Below are positions 48,814 through 58,937 of a stretch of DNA of 64,000 bases, one piece after another; the stretch's first letter is position 1, and each line of letters starts with the position of its first letter. The stretch comes from Candidatus Heimdallarchaeota archaeon. Lineage in GTDB: Archaea; Asgardarchaeota; Heimdallarchaeia; JABLTI01. The notes under the pieces are model-generated. The model ran no database searches. It saw nothing but the letters and a program-made list of their open reading frames with translations, and had not been told where the DNA came from. The position numbers and the translations under genes were made by a program. The stretch is taken from the NCBI GenBank assembly GCA_018238155.1, contig JABCTZ010000045.1, positions 1 to 64,000 on the forward strand. Direction: 5' to 3'.

Positions 48814-50304
48814 ATGTCAGATATTGAAAAAGGTTCTGAAGAAGCAGAACTCGAATTGGAATTTGCTCCAAAAGATGATACTATCGAAATTGAATCAAAA
48901 ACATCTTTTTGGAATGTTTTCAAATGGTCAATGTATGATTTAGCAAATACTATTTATTCGATGGTCATTGTTTCACTTATTATTAATCAGTATATTCTAA
49001 TAATTGGACAAGTCGAATATGGATTATCTTACACTCAATCAGATGCTATTTTTAACATTGTTTCAGCTGTCATGCAAATTATTGTAGCTATTGGTATGCC
49101 TATTATGGGTGCCTTGTCAGATAATGCTGGAAAAAGAAAACCATTTATAATTGTTTTAACTGGAGTGATTTTGCTTTTTGCAAGTCTACTAGGTATTTAT
49201 CACAGTTTAGCTTTGGTATTGGTATTTTATGTAATAGCTAATATCGCTTATCAGTGGAGCTTAGCATTCTATGATTCTATGTTAGCATTTATAGCCAATC
49301 CTAAAGATGTAGGGAAGGTTGGTGGATTTGGTGTTGCTTTTGGATATTTTGGAACTTTAATTGGTATGGGCGTCATGTTAGTTTTACAAGATGTATTGAA
49401 GTGGGGTGCCCCTGTTAGTAGTGCTGATACAATTGGTGAGCTATCGTACGGGTATTATGGCAATCCTTGGACTCCTGTAATTACCATGGCATTATTTGCT
49501 GTGTGTGCTATACCATTCCTTTTTGTTAAAGAAAAACAAAAACCTGGAAAGATGGCTTCTGCTATTGTTCTTGCAAAACAATCCCTCAAACAAGTTGGAC
49601 AAACATTCAAAGAAATTAGAAAACATAAAGAGATGTTCAAGTTCATCATTGGCTATTTCTTAGTTGTAGATGTTGCCAATATTATTGTAGTAAAGATGTT
49701 TCTTATAGTTAGAGATGGTCTATTAATGGATCAAACTTTTAGTATGATTTTCATCATCATATCGACTGTTTCTGCTGTAGTATTTACTTACTTTATTGGC
49801 ATGATTGCTGATAAATATGGAGGAAAAAAAGCCTTCTTTGTTGTAGGTGGTCTTTGGGCAATCGCAATCATTCTTGGTGTCATACTAATATTCTGGGCTG
49901 CTCCAATAACTGTTGGTCCCAATTTCGCATTCATTGTAGTTCTACTCATGGGTATTGTTGCAGGACCTGCACTTGGTGGTACATGGGTTGCACAAAGAGC
50001 AATGGTAGTTGAATTAGCTCCTAAAGAGAAATTTGGAGAGTATTTTGGTTTTTCAAAACTAAGTGGCAAACTTTCTGCTTCCTTAGGACCATTAGTATGG
50101 ACTGGAATCTTTGTTCTCTATGAAGTATTAGCTACACTATTCTTTGGTGAGCATAATTACAATCTCTACAAAGCTTATGGATATGCAATGCTTACTGTAG
50201 GAATTATTATGGGTGTTGGATTGATAATAATTAGTTTTGTCAAACCAGAACGTAAACTGATTATTGAAGGACAATCACTCGAAGAAAGTGAACCTGCGGA
50301 ATAA
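48814..50304 (+). CDS. MFS transporter (Atg22/UMF1-like)
   Basis: W.MYDLAN, GALSD..G.RK, about 12 TMs. Confidence 0.88.
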   Translation: MSDIEKGSEEAELELEFAPKDDTIEIESKTSFWNVFKWSMYDLANTIYSMVIVSLIINQYILIIGQVEYGLSYTQSDAIFNIVSAVMQIIVAIGMPIMGALSDNAGKRKPFIIVLTGVILLFASLLGIYHSLALVLVFYVIANIAYQWSLAFYDSMLAFIANPKDVGKVGGFGVAFGYFGTLIGMGVMLVLQDVLKWGAPVSSADTIGELSYGYYGNPWTPVITMALFAVCAIPFLFVKEKQKPGKMASAIVLAKQSLKQVGQTFKEIRKHKEMFKFIIGYFLVVDVANIIVVKMFLIVRDGLLMDQTFSMIFIIISTVSAVVFTYFIGMIADKYGGKKAFFVVGGLWAIAIILGVILIFWAAPITVGPNFAFIVVLLMGIVAGPALGGTWVAQRAMVVELAPKEKFGEYFGFSKLSGKLSASLGPLVWTGIFVLYEVLATLFFGEHNYNLYKAYGYAMLTVGIIMGVGLIIISFVKPERKLIIEGQSLEESEPAE

Positions 50305-50409
50305 ACCGATATTTATGAAATTTCCTTAGGGAAATTTCCATTCTCATTTTTTCTAAGAGAAAGATTTTTACTTGTTTTAATTAAAATACAATAAAGGTGT
50401 ACAAAGGAA

Positions 50410-50649
50410 ATGTCAGAGAACAAATTGGTTGCAAAAGGACCTGTGATTGATCGTATTAAAGAAGAAACAAATGGTTTGAATATTACCAATGAAATCAAAG
50501 AACAGATTATTGATTATTTTGAATCTCTTTTATCCCAAGAGATTAAAAAAATGTCTTCCTTAGCTGTTGATGTTACTGGATTACAAGGAAAAAGAACAAT
50601 TCAAGAAAAGGATTGGATATTTATTCGAAAAATACTTGAAAATAAATAA
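50410..50649 (+). CDS. Divergent archaeal histone-fold protein
   Basis: Three helices ending GKRTIQEKD (cf. GRKTI..ED). Confidence 0.7.
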   Translation: MSENKLVAKGPVIDRIKEETNGLNITNEIKEQIIDYFESLLSQEIKKMSSLAVDVTGLQGKRTIQEKDWIFIRKILENK

Positions 50650-50670
50650 TTATATAATGTTTTGTGAAAT

Positions 50671-50991
50671 TTATTCCATTACTCTAGTTTCAACTTCTCT
50701 ACTCTTCTTGATATCGAAACGTCCGCCTCTAAGTGAAGAAACCTGATCAATCAGGTTAGAGAGAGTTTCAGATAATCGTTTATCTGTAGCATTTTCAAAA
50801 ATAGCATTTAAAATATCTAAATATGATACTAAATCTTCATATGTTTTTGAATTGAGAAATTTTCCCCGAATCTCAATCAAATCTCTCAATAAATCTTTTT
50901 GATTAAACCTAGCGACAACTATAGCTCTATCCAAATGATCGACTAAAGAATATTTGTCAGTTATGAATAACCATTGGATTTCGGTTGCCAT
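50671..50991 (-). CDS. Hypothetical protein
   Basis: 106-aa helical ORF. Confidence 0.6.
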   Translation of the reverse strand: MATEIQWLFITDKYSLVDHLDRAIVVARFNQKDLLRDLIEIRGKFLNSKTYEDLVSYLDILNAIFENATDKRLSETLSNLIDQVSSLRGGRFDIKKSREVETRVME

Positions 50992-51115
50992 TTTTCTTAG
51001 CTCTTTATGATCGGTTTAATTCTTACATATGTATAGTGCATATTCTTAATTAAATCTAGTCATTTGACAAAAAATAAATAGTTTTTTAGAAATTAGTCCT
51101 TTGATTGTCTATGAA

Positions 51116-51703
51116 TTATCTTTTCTTCTTTTTTAATTTAACAACATCTCCAAGTGTTGCTGATTTTGCTGAAGAGCTAGTATAAATTGGTGCACTTGCT
51201 TCTTCTCGCAAAGATAGATTCAATTTTCGTTCAATTTTCACTATTAAATTGAGTGGGGGATTAAATTCACTTTTCTCTATTTTTTGCAAGAGAGACATTT
51301 TTTCATTAATCATTTGAGCAAAATCCTCTAAAGAGAGATTTTTTGCTTTTCGCGCATTTTTTATTACTGTCCCATAGTCTTCTACAAGTACTTTATCAGA
51401 ATCCAATGAGTCTCGGTATCTTCTTCGCCTAGTTGTTGGTTGTTGTTGAGTTCCTGTTTTTACGTTTACGTGAGAAACACTAGGTCCCTTTCCACCAGGA
51501 TTGCTTTTTACAAAGGTTACTGCGGTTTCCTCGGAATCATCTATTGTTCCTTGAGATCTACTTGATACCTTTGTTCCAAATTTAGAACATTCTCGACACA
51601 AGAGCATCCTTACATTATCAACTTTCGATTCAACTAAATCGGGTCCAACGAATGACCCACACATTTCGCAGCTCATGTTATGCTTCATCCTTTTTTGCTT
51701 CAA
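51116..51703 (-). CDS. Archaeal multiprotein bridging factor aMBF1
   Basis: CEMCG...C..C Zn ribbon + XRE HTH + TLGDVV; true start is probably MSCEMCG. Confidence 0.9.
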   Translation of the reverse strand: MKQKRMKHNMSCEMCGSFVGPDLVESKVDNVRMLLCRECSKFGTKVSSRSQGTIDDSEETAVTFVKSNPGGKGPSVSHVNVKTGTQQQPTTRRRRYRDSLDSDKVLVEDYGTVIKNARKAKNLSLEDFAQMINEKMSLLQKIEKSEFNPPLNLIVKIERKLNLSLREEASAPIYTSSSAKSATLGDVVKLKKKKR

Positions 51704-51772
51704 GCAAGTTTATTTTGTATAGATATTTTGTTTTTATTTATTAAAACTAATGTAGTACCGCTTTAATGTTTT

Positions 51773-53641
51773 TTATTCATCAATTTTTAATTTTGACATA
51801 TTAATTTCTTCTAATATCTCCCCATCTTCTATCATTAAAATTCGATCTGCTTGGGTTGCAACTTGTTTATTGTGAGTTACTAATAGAATAGTGGTTCCTT
51901 TTTCCTTATTTATTTTTCTTAAATAGCCAGTAATTTGTTGTCCAGTTACTGAATCTAAATCACCTGTTAATTGATCTGCTACTATTAGTGATGGGTCATT
52001 GATTAATGCTCGAGCAATTGCAACCCTTTGTTGTTGTCCTCCTGAAAGTTTATCGGGGTACTGGTTTGCAAATCTTTCTAATTCCACAATCTTCAAAATT
52101 TCAAGGGCTTTTTTTCTTGCTTCTACAACAGGTATTTTTGCCATTTCTGCAGGCATAGATACATTCTCTAAAGCTGTCAAATCAGCAAATAATTGATAGA
52201 ATTGAAATACCAGACCAATTTCGTCCCTTCTAAATTCTGTTAGTTCATTATCATCCATAGTTGCGATATTTTTTCCGTTTAGATATACTGTTCCTTTATC
52301 GGGTGAATCTAATCCTGTTAGAATATTTACTAATGTTGTTTTTCCCGCTCCTGAAGGACCCATTATAGCCAAAAATTCTCCAGGAATTACTTCAAAGCTC
52401 ACACCACGCAAAGCATATACACGTGATTTTAGCAATCTGTATGTTTTATATACATCTTCTACAACAAGTACTGCTTCTGTTTCTATTGTTGTTTTTACTG
52501 TAACATCAAGCGTTTGAACAACTTTTCCTTTTCTTATCGTAAAATAGGAAATATCATAAAAGAATTCACTCCAAATTCTTAGTAGTTCCATTTGCGTAAA
52601 GAGTTTCAATATTATCTGTTCTATTTTCTTTGAAACGCTAGAAGTCTCATCATAATTATCAAGTAACTCAATTTTTCTTATGTTTTCAAACCATAGCTGA
52701 ATTGCTTCATTAGATTTATCTGTTAAACGCAGAATTTCAAGAATTTTTTCCTTTTGTGAATTTTCGGTTATTATTATTTCTAGATTACTATCTTCCATTT
52801 CTTTTACTTCTGAAACTATTGCATCTTCAGCGCTGTTTTGTCTAGCTAATTGTCTTCTTATATCATGTATATTATCAACAATCTCAAATGATTTCCCTTT
52901 CAGCAGGTCCAATGCTTCTTCAAAATTCTTTGACTTGCTATTACATTTACACAAGTTTTTATTCATATCATTTAGAAGTGTATTAAATTCATTGAAAAAT
53001 ACTTTTGATTTCTTAGTATATTGTTTTGTAAAATTAAATAATATCATCTCATCAAGCAACTGAACAATATTCTTTTCTGAGTGAATTTCAAATTGAATGT
53101 CACTCATTTCAACGAATGATGTTTTACAACCAGAATGATCTAAAAGATAAATTGTTGATTTTTTTATTATATCAAAATAGTTCTTTGTCCAATTACCTAT
53201 TAGTGAATAAACATTTTCTGAGAATTCGGCTTTCTCTACTTCAATTAGAGCAAGTTTACTGCTTAATATATTAATTGACTCTTTCAGCTCTCGATTTTTT
53301 TTGATATTCCTTGAAAATCGATTCACTAAATTTAATAGGTATTCATTATAGTGAGCATCTATTCTTGTTCGTATTTCATTTAGTGTTTTTCTTGCAATTT
53401 CTTCAATTGTTCTTGAAGCAATATTTGAATTCTTTCCAGAACACAAATCAGTATTAAATCTTGCATTTACCAAAAGAAAAGAAGTCAATTCTTCAAAATG
53501 AAAATCTAGTGGTTGAAATGTTTTCAATGCTTTTATAACAGATTTTTTGAATTGTTCGGTTTCTTTTATTGCTATTGGGTTAACAAAATAGATTGACCAT
53601 AAATTCATATAGGATTTCAATTTTTCTTTTTGTTGATGCAC
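51773..53641 (-). CDS. ABC ATPase with long N-terminal helical extension
   Basis: C-terminal GPSGAGKT, LSGGQQQR, IVADQ (Walker B E->Q), VTH. Confidence 0.85.
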   Translation of the reverse strand: MHQQKEKLKSYMNLWSIYFVNPIAIKETEQFKKSVIKALKTFQPLDFHFEELTSFLLVNARFNTDLCSGKNSNIASRTIEEIARKTLNEIRTRIDAHYNEYLLNLVNRFSRNIKKNRELKESINILSSKLALIEVEKAEFSENVYSLIGNWTKNYFDIIKKSTIYLLDHSGCKTSFVEMSDIQFEIHSEKNIVQLLDEMILFNFTKQYTKKSKVFFNEFNTLLNDMNKNLCKCNSKSKNFEEALDLLKGKSFEIVDNIHDIRRQLARQNSAEDAIVSEVKEMEDSNLEIIITENSQKEKILEILRLTDKSNEAIQLWFENIRKIELLDNYDETSSVSKKIEQIILKLFTQMELLRIWSEFFYDISYFTIRKGKVVQTLDVTVKTTIETEAVLVVEDVYKTYRLLKSRVYALRGVSFEVIPGEFLAIMGPSGAGKTTLVNILTGLDSPDKGTVYLNGKNIATMDDNELTEFRRDEIGLVFQFYQLFADLTALENVSMPAEMAKIPVVEARKKALEILKIVELERFANQYPDKLSGGQQQRVAIARALINDPSLIVADQLTGDLDSVTGQQITGYLRKINKEKGTTILLVTHNKQVATQADRILMIEDGEILEEINMSKLKIDE

Positions 53642-53896
53642 TTTTTTCCACCAGAAGTTGAACTTAATTCTATTATTAAATAGTTTGTAGCTTTACTCTT
53701 ATATTTTTCTTCATATCTATTCTTCAAAAGAATAGTGCTAAATGTTTTTTTAGCGACAAAATTACAACGGTATTATTTTTAGATTTTCTTTATAAAATTT
53801 TGACCATTCCACAATTGGATTCAATAATTCTTCTTCTGAAAAGATTTCTTTTAGCAAAAGAATAAAAAATTATTTGAACACATTGTTACTGAATAT

Positions 53897-55279
53897 ATGA
53901 TGGTTTACATGGCTACTATGGATTTCGATATCATAATCAAAAATGCCCAAGTTATTACAATGAATACAAATATGGATTTCTATAATAAAGGATTCATTAT
54001 AATAAAAAACTCAAAAATTATTGATCTTGGATCAATGGAGAAGTTTCATTCAGCATATGACAATAAAATTGATTGCAAAGAAGAAATCGATGCCCAAAAC
54101 AATATTATTATTCCGGGTTTCATCAATTCGCATGGTCATTTTGCTATGACTCTTTTTAGAGGCATTGCAGACGATTTACCTTTGAAAGAATGGTTAAATA
54201 GCTACATTTGGCCAATTGAAGCTAATCTTCAAGGAAATGATTGTTATATTGGAACAAAACTAGCTGCGATTGAAATGATACAAGGTGGTACAACATCTGC
54301 TTGTGATATGTATTTTAATGAACCAAAAACATTGGAAGCTTTAGAAGAAATTGGTTTTCGAGGGGTTTTAGGACACGGAATGCTTGATTTTGGTTCTGAG
54401 GAAAAAAGATTTCAAGAAATTTCTGAAACGAAAAAATTGATTGATATAATAAATGAAAAAGCAAAGTTATGTACACCAATCATTTCGCCTCATGCTCCTA
54501 ATACTTGTTCTAAGGAAATATTACTTGCAGCCAAAAAACTCTCTGATGAACATCAGCTACCACTTCAGATTCATCTTGCTGAGACTAAAAATGAATTTGA
54601 TGAAATAAAAGCTAAATACAACGTTACTCCAACAAAATTCCTAGACGATTTAGAATTTCTTTGTGAACAATTAGTAGTAGCTCATAGTATCTGGTTGAAA
54701 AAGAAGGATTATCAATTATTAGCAAAAAATGGTGTCAAAGTATCCCACAATCCAACAAGCAATTTAAAATTAGGATCTGGGATTCTTGATTATCGCTCCT
54801 ACAAAGAAAACAAAATTACTTTATCTCTTGGCACAGATGGTGCTTCTAGCAATAATAACTTGAGCATGATACAAGAATTAAGGTTAGCAAGTTTAATTCA
54901 CAAAGGAGTAAATACTAATCCTGAAATTCTTCCTGCCTCTGAATCCTTGAAAATGGCTACGATAAATGGAGCTACAGCATTAGGATTAGCTCACGATATA
55001 GGGTCTCTTGAAAAAAATAAGAAAGCAGATTTAGCAATTATTGATATAAAATCATCTAACCTCTGGCCCCCACATAATCCATATTCCCTCATTGCTTATG
55101 CAGCAAGTGATTGCAATGTTGTAACAACAGTTGTGAATGGTCAAATTTTAATGAAAAACAGACAATTTCTAACTGTAGATGTTCAAGAGGTTTTGAATGA
55201 AGCACGGGAAGCAATCATACAATTAATCGATAAATCAAAACTTAGCCAATTCAGTGAGAAATTGACATATCTCAAATAA
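53897..55279 (+). CDS. MtaD/DadD-like amidohydrolase (MTA/SAH deaminase)
   Basis: PGFINSHGH, IHLAET, AHS, HNPTSN, GTDG. Confidence 0.88.
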   Translation: MMVYMATMDFDIIIKNAQVITMNTNMDFYNKGFIIIKNSKIIDLGSMEKFHSAYDNKIDCKEEIDAQNNIIIPGFINSHGHFAMTLFRGIADDLPLKEWLNSYIWPIEANLQGNDCYIGTKLAAIEMIQGGTTSACDMYFNEPKTLEALEEIGFRGVLGHGMLDFGSEEKRFQEISETKKLIDIINEKAKLCTPIISPHAPNTCSKEILLAAKKLSDEHQLPLQIHLAETKNEFDEIKAKYNVTPTKFLDDLEFLCEQLVVAHSIWLKKKDYQLLAKNGVKVSHNPTSNLKLGSGILDYRSYKENKITLSLGTDGASSNNNLSMIQELRLASLIHKGVNTNPEILPASESLKMATINGATALGLAHDIGSLEKNKKADLAIIDIKSSNLWPPHNPYSLIAYAASDCNVVTTVVNGQILMKNRQFLTVDVQEVLNEAREAIIQLIDKSKLSQFSEKLTYLK

Positions 55280-55444
55280 ATGATAAATCGACTTTTCATT
55301 TTGCAGATAAGCACAATTTAAAATATGGATATGTATTTTATTTTATTAAATAAATAAAAGTAGTTTATTAATCTCCGAGTGAATGCTTAAATGCCACTTA
55401 TATCACACTTGCGACGTTTAGTACTATTTGGTGGATTATAACAC

Positions 55445-56056
55445 ATGAGCGATGAAGAAAGAATATACAAACAGCTTGAAAATATCTCATCCACAATAAT
55501 CAAAGCACTTGAAGGTCTCGAGAAAGAATTAGAAGATTATATTCAAGTTACAGATTCACGTTTTCTTAAATTAGAAGATAAAGTCAATAGATTAGAAGCA
55601 TTAGCAAATGCCTCTAGCAGAGGATTAGTTAAGACAATAGAAGACTCTACTGATAAGAAAGAAATTTCTGAATTATCTCATATTGTTCCTAAAAGAAGTA
55701 GTTCTATCCCTCAACCAACAACTTCTCATGTTTCACAAGTTGAATCGCTTAAAGAACACTCATCTCAACCTAAGATATCTACTCCGGTGCCTATCCCTAC
55801 ACAATCACCAATTATTGCTCCTGTTGAAACACCCGCTTTTTCAAAGGTACCCGAAGTACCAATTCCCCCTTCTTTCAAACCCACATTAGAAAAGGAACCT
55901 GTTAAAGAGGAAATTACAGTTCCCCAACCAAAGAAGTCAGAATCATCTCTTCCAAATAATTCTATTGCTGAAAAATTAGAAGAAAAGAAGAAGGAAGAAA
56001 CAGATCAAGATAAGGATGATTTGATGTCTGCATTAAAGATGATCGATTCACTTTAG
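55445..56056 (+). CDS. Coiled-coil + Pro/Ser-rich protein
   Basis: N-terminal heptads, disordered P/S/T linker, C-terminal amphipathic helix. Confidence 0.7.
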   Translation: MSDEERIYKQLENISSTIIKALEGLEKELEDYIQVTDSRFLKLEDKVNRLEALANASSRGLVKTIEDSTDKKEISELSHIVPKRSSSIPQPTTSHVSQVESLKEHSSQPKISTPVPIPTQSPIIAPVETPAFSKVPEVPIPPSFKPTLEKEPVKEEITVPQPKKSESSLPNNSIAEKLEEKKKEETDQDKDDLMSALKMIDSL

Positions 56057-56057
56057 C

Positions 56058-58937
56058 CTAAGCTAGTTCAAACTCAACTAATTCACTTTCCTTTTCTCTT
56101 GAGTCTTTTACTTCGATTGGTGAAATTGTAGTTTCTCCCCTCATTTTATTTATTAGATAAGTTTTATCAGCTATTCTTTCAAAGTCAGGGTCATGTGTTA
56201 CAACAAACATTTGACCAACTAATCTATTCTTTTCGAGAACAGAAACAAGTTCTCCTCTTCTGCGTTCATCAAGGAAGATTGTTGGTTCATCAAGAATAAG
56301 TGTATCAAGTGAAGAGAATTCCTTAGCAAAAGCTAATCTTAGTGTCAAAGCGATGACTATAGTTTCTCCCCCACTCAAAACTGAAATATCCTCAATATTT
56401 CCCAATCGTATAATATTAAGTGAATAATCATCATTTACAATTATGCTCTGAATATCACTTTCTGGAGCAATTGATTGTAAAATCTCAGTTGCAGTATTGC
56501 TTATTCTTTCAATATAATTGGGTAGTAATCTATTTGGTAATTCCCGCATTAAGCTTCTTAAAATCGATACTATTTTCTTCTTCTTATTCTCTTGATTGGT
56601 CTTTTCATCCAGCTTAGCTAACTGATTCGTTTTCTCTTGTAAGTCTTTTTTCTGTTTCTCTAATGGTGGAATTATCTCTTCTTTCAATGTTAAAATCGAT
56701 GTTTTATATGTAACAATTTTATCTCTCATTTTTTTCCAATTTTCTTCAATTTCCTCTCTATCTTTAAACCCATCAAGCAATTCAATTGTAGCTAATTTCG
56801 AAATCGTTTCTTTTAAGTTTACACTATCTTTATGCTGTGATTTAATTTTTCCGATCAGAACTTTCATAATAGAAACTACTTCGTTCAATTCATCTTCTAA
56901 ATGACTTAATTGAGAAATTTCCATTGTTTTCTCACTTAGATTCTTAGAAGTATATTTGATTTTTAATTGAGAGATTTTTACTTTCAATTCCTTTGCTTCT
57001 TTAAGCTCATCTTTGATTTGACCTGAGATTTTAATGAATCTTGGAATAGATTTCTTGGTAGAATTAATGTAACTAATTCTTTCTTCTAAATGGCTTATCA
57101 TTTCTTCTAATTCATTTGCTTTTTCTTGAGAAAATTTCTCTTTCAATTTTTTAATGCTATCTTCCAATTTCTCACATTTGTCCTCTAATACATCCTTTTC
57201 TTTTTCTAAGTCTAGAAGAGCATCAAAAGTTTGTGAGGTTTTCTCATATATTCTACGTTTCTCTCTCAAATCCATTTCTTTTTTCTTTGAATCGTTAAGT
57301 GAGCTAGTAATTCCCACTAATTTTTGTTTTACTTCTTTCTTTTCTTTACAAAACTGAGATTTTTCTTCAGTTAATTCAGCGCAAAGTTTAGTAAGAGTTT
57401 CAACAGATAGGTTCTGCTTGCAGGTCGGACAAGTTTCTTCACCTTGTAATTTATTTAAATGATTTAGATCTTCTTTTATTCTATTGATATTCATCTCAAG
57501 CAAAGATTTCTTGTTTTTATGTTGAGAAGTGATTTCATCTAATTCTATGATTTCTTTTTCTAAATTTCCTATTTGTACATTAAATTCAATCTTTGAATAT
57601 TCTTGGAGTGTATTTTTCCAATCATCACCAGCTTCTTTTGATAGAAAGAGACGGTTTTTAACAATTCTTGACTGATATCTACTCGCTGATTCCTCCTGAG
57701 CTTTCCATTTTGTATCGTTCACAGAAATTTTATTTAGCAATTCATTACTCTTCTTCATTTCTTTCTTATGAATTTGTAATTCCTGTTTAGAATCCTCAAT
57801 GATATTAGGTATTTTTTCTTGCCATTTAGAAACATTTAATCCCAATTCAGATATCTCATCTGAAATTTCTTTAACATCTTTATTCAATTGTTGTTGCTTT
57901 TCATTTGTCGAATGAAGAAGCGTTGCTAAATTTCTCTCGAGATGCTTTATTGTCTCGAGATTAACAGATAACTCCTTCTCTTCATTTCGTGTTTTATCTA
58001 AAGATAACTTGGTTTTTTCTAAATTATTTTCATTTGAATTCAAGAATTTATTAAATGAAGATAATGTTATCTTGAGTGACTCAGTATTGGTCTTTGTACT
58101 CAATCGTATCATATTTGAATTGATTTCCGTTTCTAGCGAATTAATTTCCTCTTCAATAGATCCTTTTATCCCTTCTAACGTTCTATATTCTTCTACTGCA
58201 CTACCAATTTCATTATACATGTGGTCTAAATCTTTGTAAGTTTTATTCAAATCAATTAGTTGAAATTTCTCGTTTTTTAGTTGTTTCTTCTTCTCAGTAA
58301 TTTGAGCTTCAATGGAAGGGAGTGATTTTACGTCTTCTCGTAAGTCCTCAGATCGTCCTTGTAGGATAGTAATTTGTGTATTGATAATTTTATCAACTTT
58401 TGAAAGGTTTTGCCACGCTTTTTCATATCGGTCAATTTGAAAAAGTCGATCAAAAAGCTTTTTTCTCTCCGATTCCTTTGATGTCACAATTTTTCCTATT
58501 TCACCTTGGGAAGCATAAACTGCACTTATGAATGTTGTAGCATCAATATCAAGTATTTCTTCAATTTTAGCTCTTACAGCATTTCTTCCCTCTGCAATAG
58601 TTTCATTAATTGTTTCGTTTTGAAGTACTTGTGATTGAGTTGCTCTATCTATATCCTTTCTCGTAATTTCATCTACTAAACGATAGTCCTCACCATTAAC
58701 TGAAAATCTAGTTATTATTCTACCTTGTCTCTCACCATATCGAATCATATCAACCAATCGTCTACCAGGAACTGTTTCACCAAAAATAGATAGGAAAATA
58801 CTCTCAAGAATAGTACTTTTTCCTGCACCATTTTCCCCTAGTAGAACATTATTGCCTAAAGAGAAAATAATTTCTTCTGAAACGTAGGTCTTGATATTTT
58901 CAAGATTTATTTTTGTAATCTGGAATTTTTTCATCAT
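56058..58937 (-). CDS. rad50: Rad50 ATPase
   Basis: GENGAGKS, CPTC zinc hook, LSGGE, LDEPT, VTH. Confidence 0.95.
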   Translation of the reverse strand: MMKKFQITKINLENIKTYVSEEIIFSLGNNVLLGENGAGKSTILESIFLSIFGETVPGRRLVDMIRYGERQGRIITRFSVNGEDYRLVDEITRKDIDRATQSQVLQNETINETIAEGRNAVRAKIEEILDIDATTFISAVYASQGEIGKIVTSKESERKKLFDRLFQIDRYEKAWQNLSKVDKIINTQITILQGRSEDLREDVKSLPSIEAQITEKKKQLKNEKFQLIDLNKTYKDLDHMYNEIGSAVEEYRTLEGIKGSIEEEINSLETEINSNMIRLSTKTNTESLKITLSSFNKFLNSNENNLEKTKLSLDKTRNEEKELSVNLETIKHLERNLATLLHSTNEKQQQLNKDVKEISDEISELGLNVSKWQEKIPNIIEDSKQELQIHKKEMKKSNELLNKISVNDTKWKAQEESASRYQSRIVKNRLFLSKEAGDDWKNTLQEYSKIEFNVQIGNLEKEIIELDEITSQHKNKKSLLEMNINRIKEDLNHLNKLQGEETCPTCKQNLSVETLTKLCAELTEEKSQFCKEKKEVKQKLVGITSSLNDSKKKEMDLREKRRIYEKTSQTFDALLDLEKEKDVLEDKCEKLEDSIKKLKEKFSQEKANELEEMISHLEERISYINSTKKSIPRFIKISGQIKDELKEAKELKVKISQLKIKYTSKNLSEKTMEISQLSHLEDELNEVVSIMKVLIGKIKSQHKDSVNLKETISKLATIELLDGFKDREEIEENWKKMRDKIVTYKTSILTLKEEIIPPLEKQKKDLQEKTNQLAKLDEKTNQENKKKKIVSILRSLMRELPNRLLPNYIERISNTATEILQSIAPESDIQSIIVNDDYSLNIIRLGNIEDISVLSGGETIVIALTLRLAFAKEFSSLDTLILDEPTIFLDERRRGELVSVLEKNRLVGQMFVVTHDPDFERIADKTYLINKMRGETTISPIEVKDSREKESELVEFELA

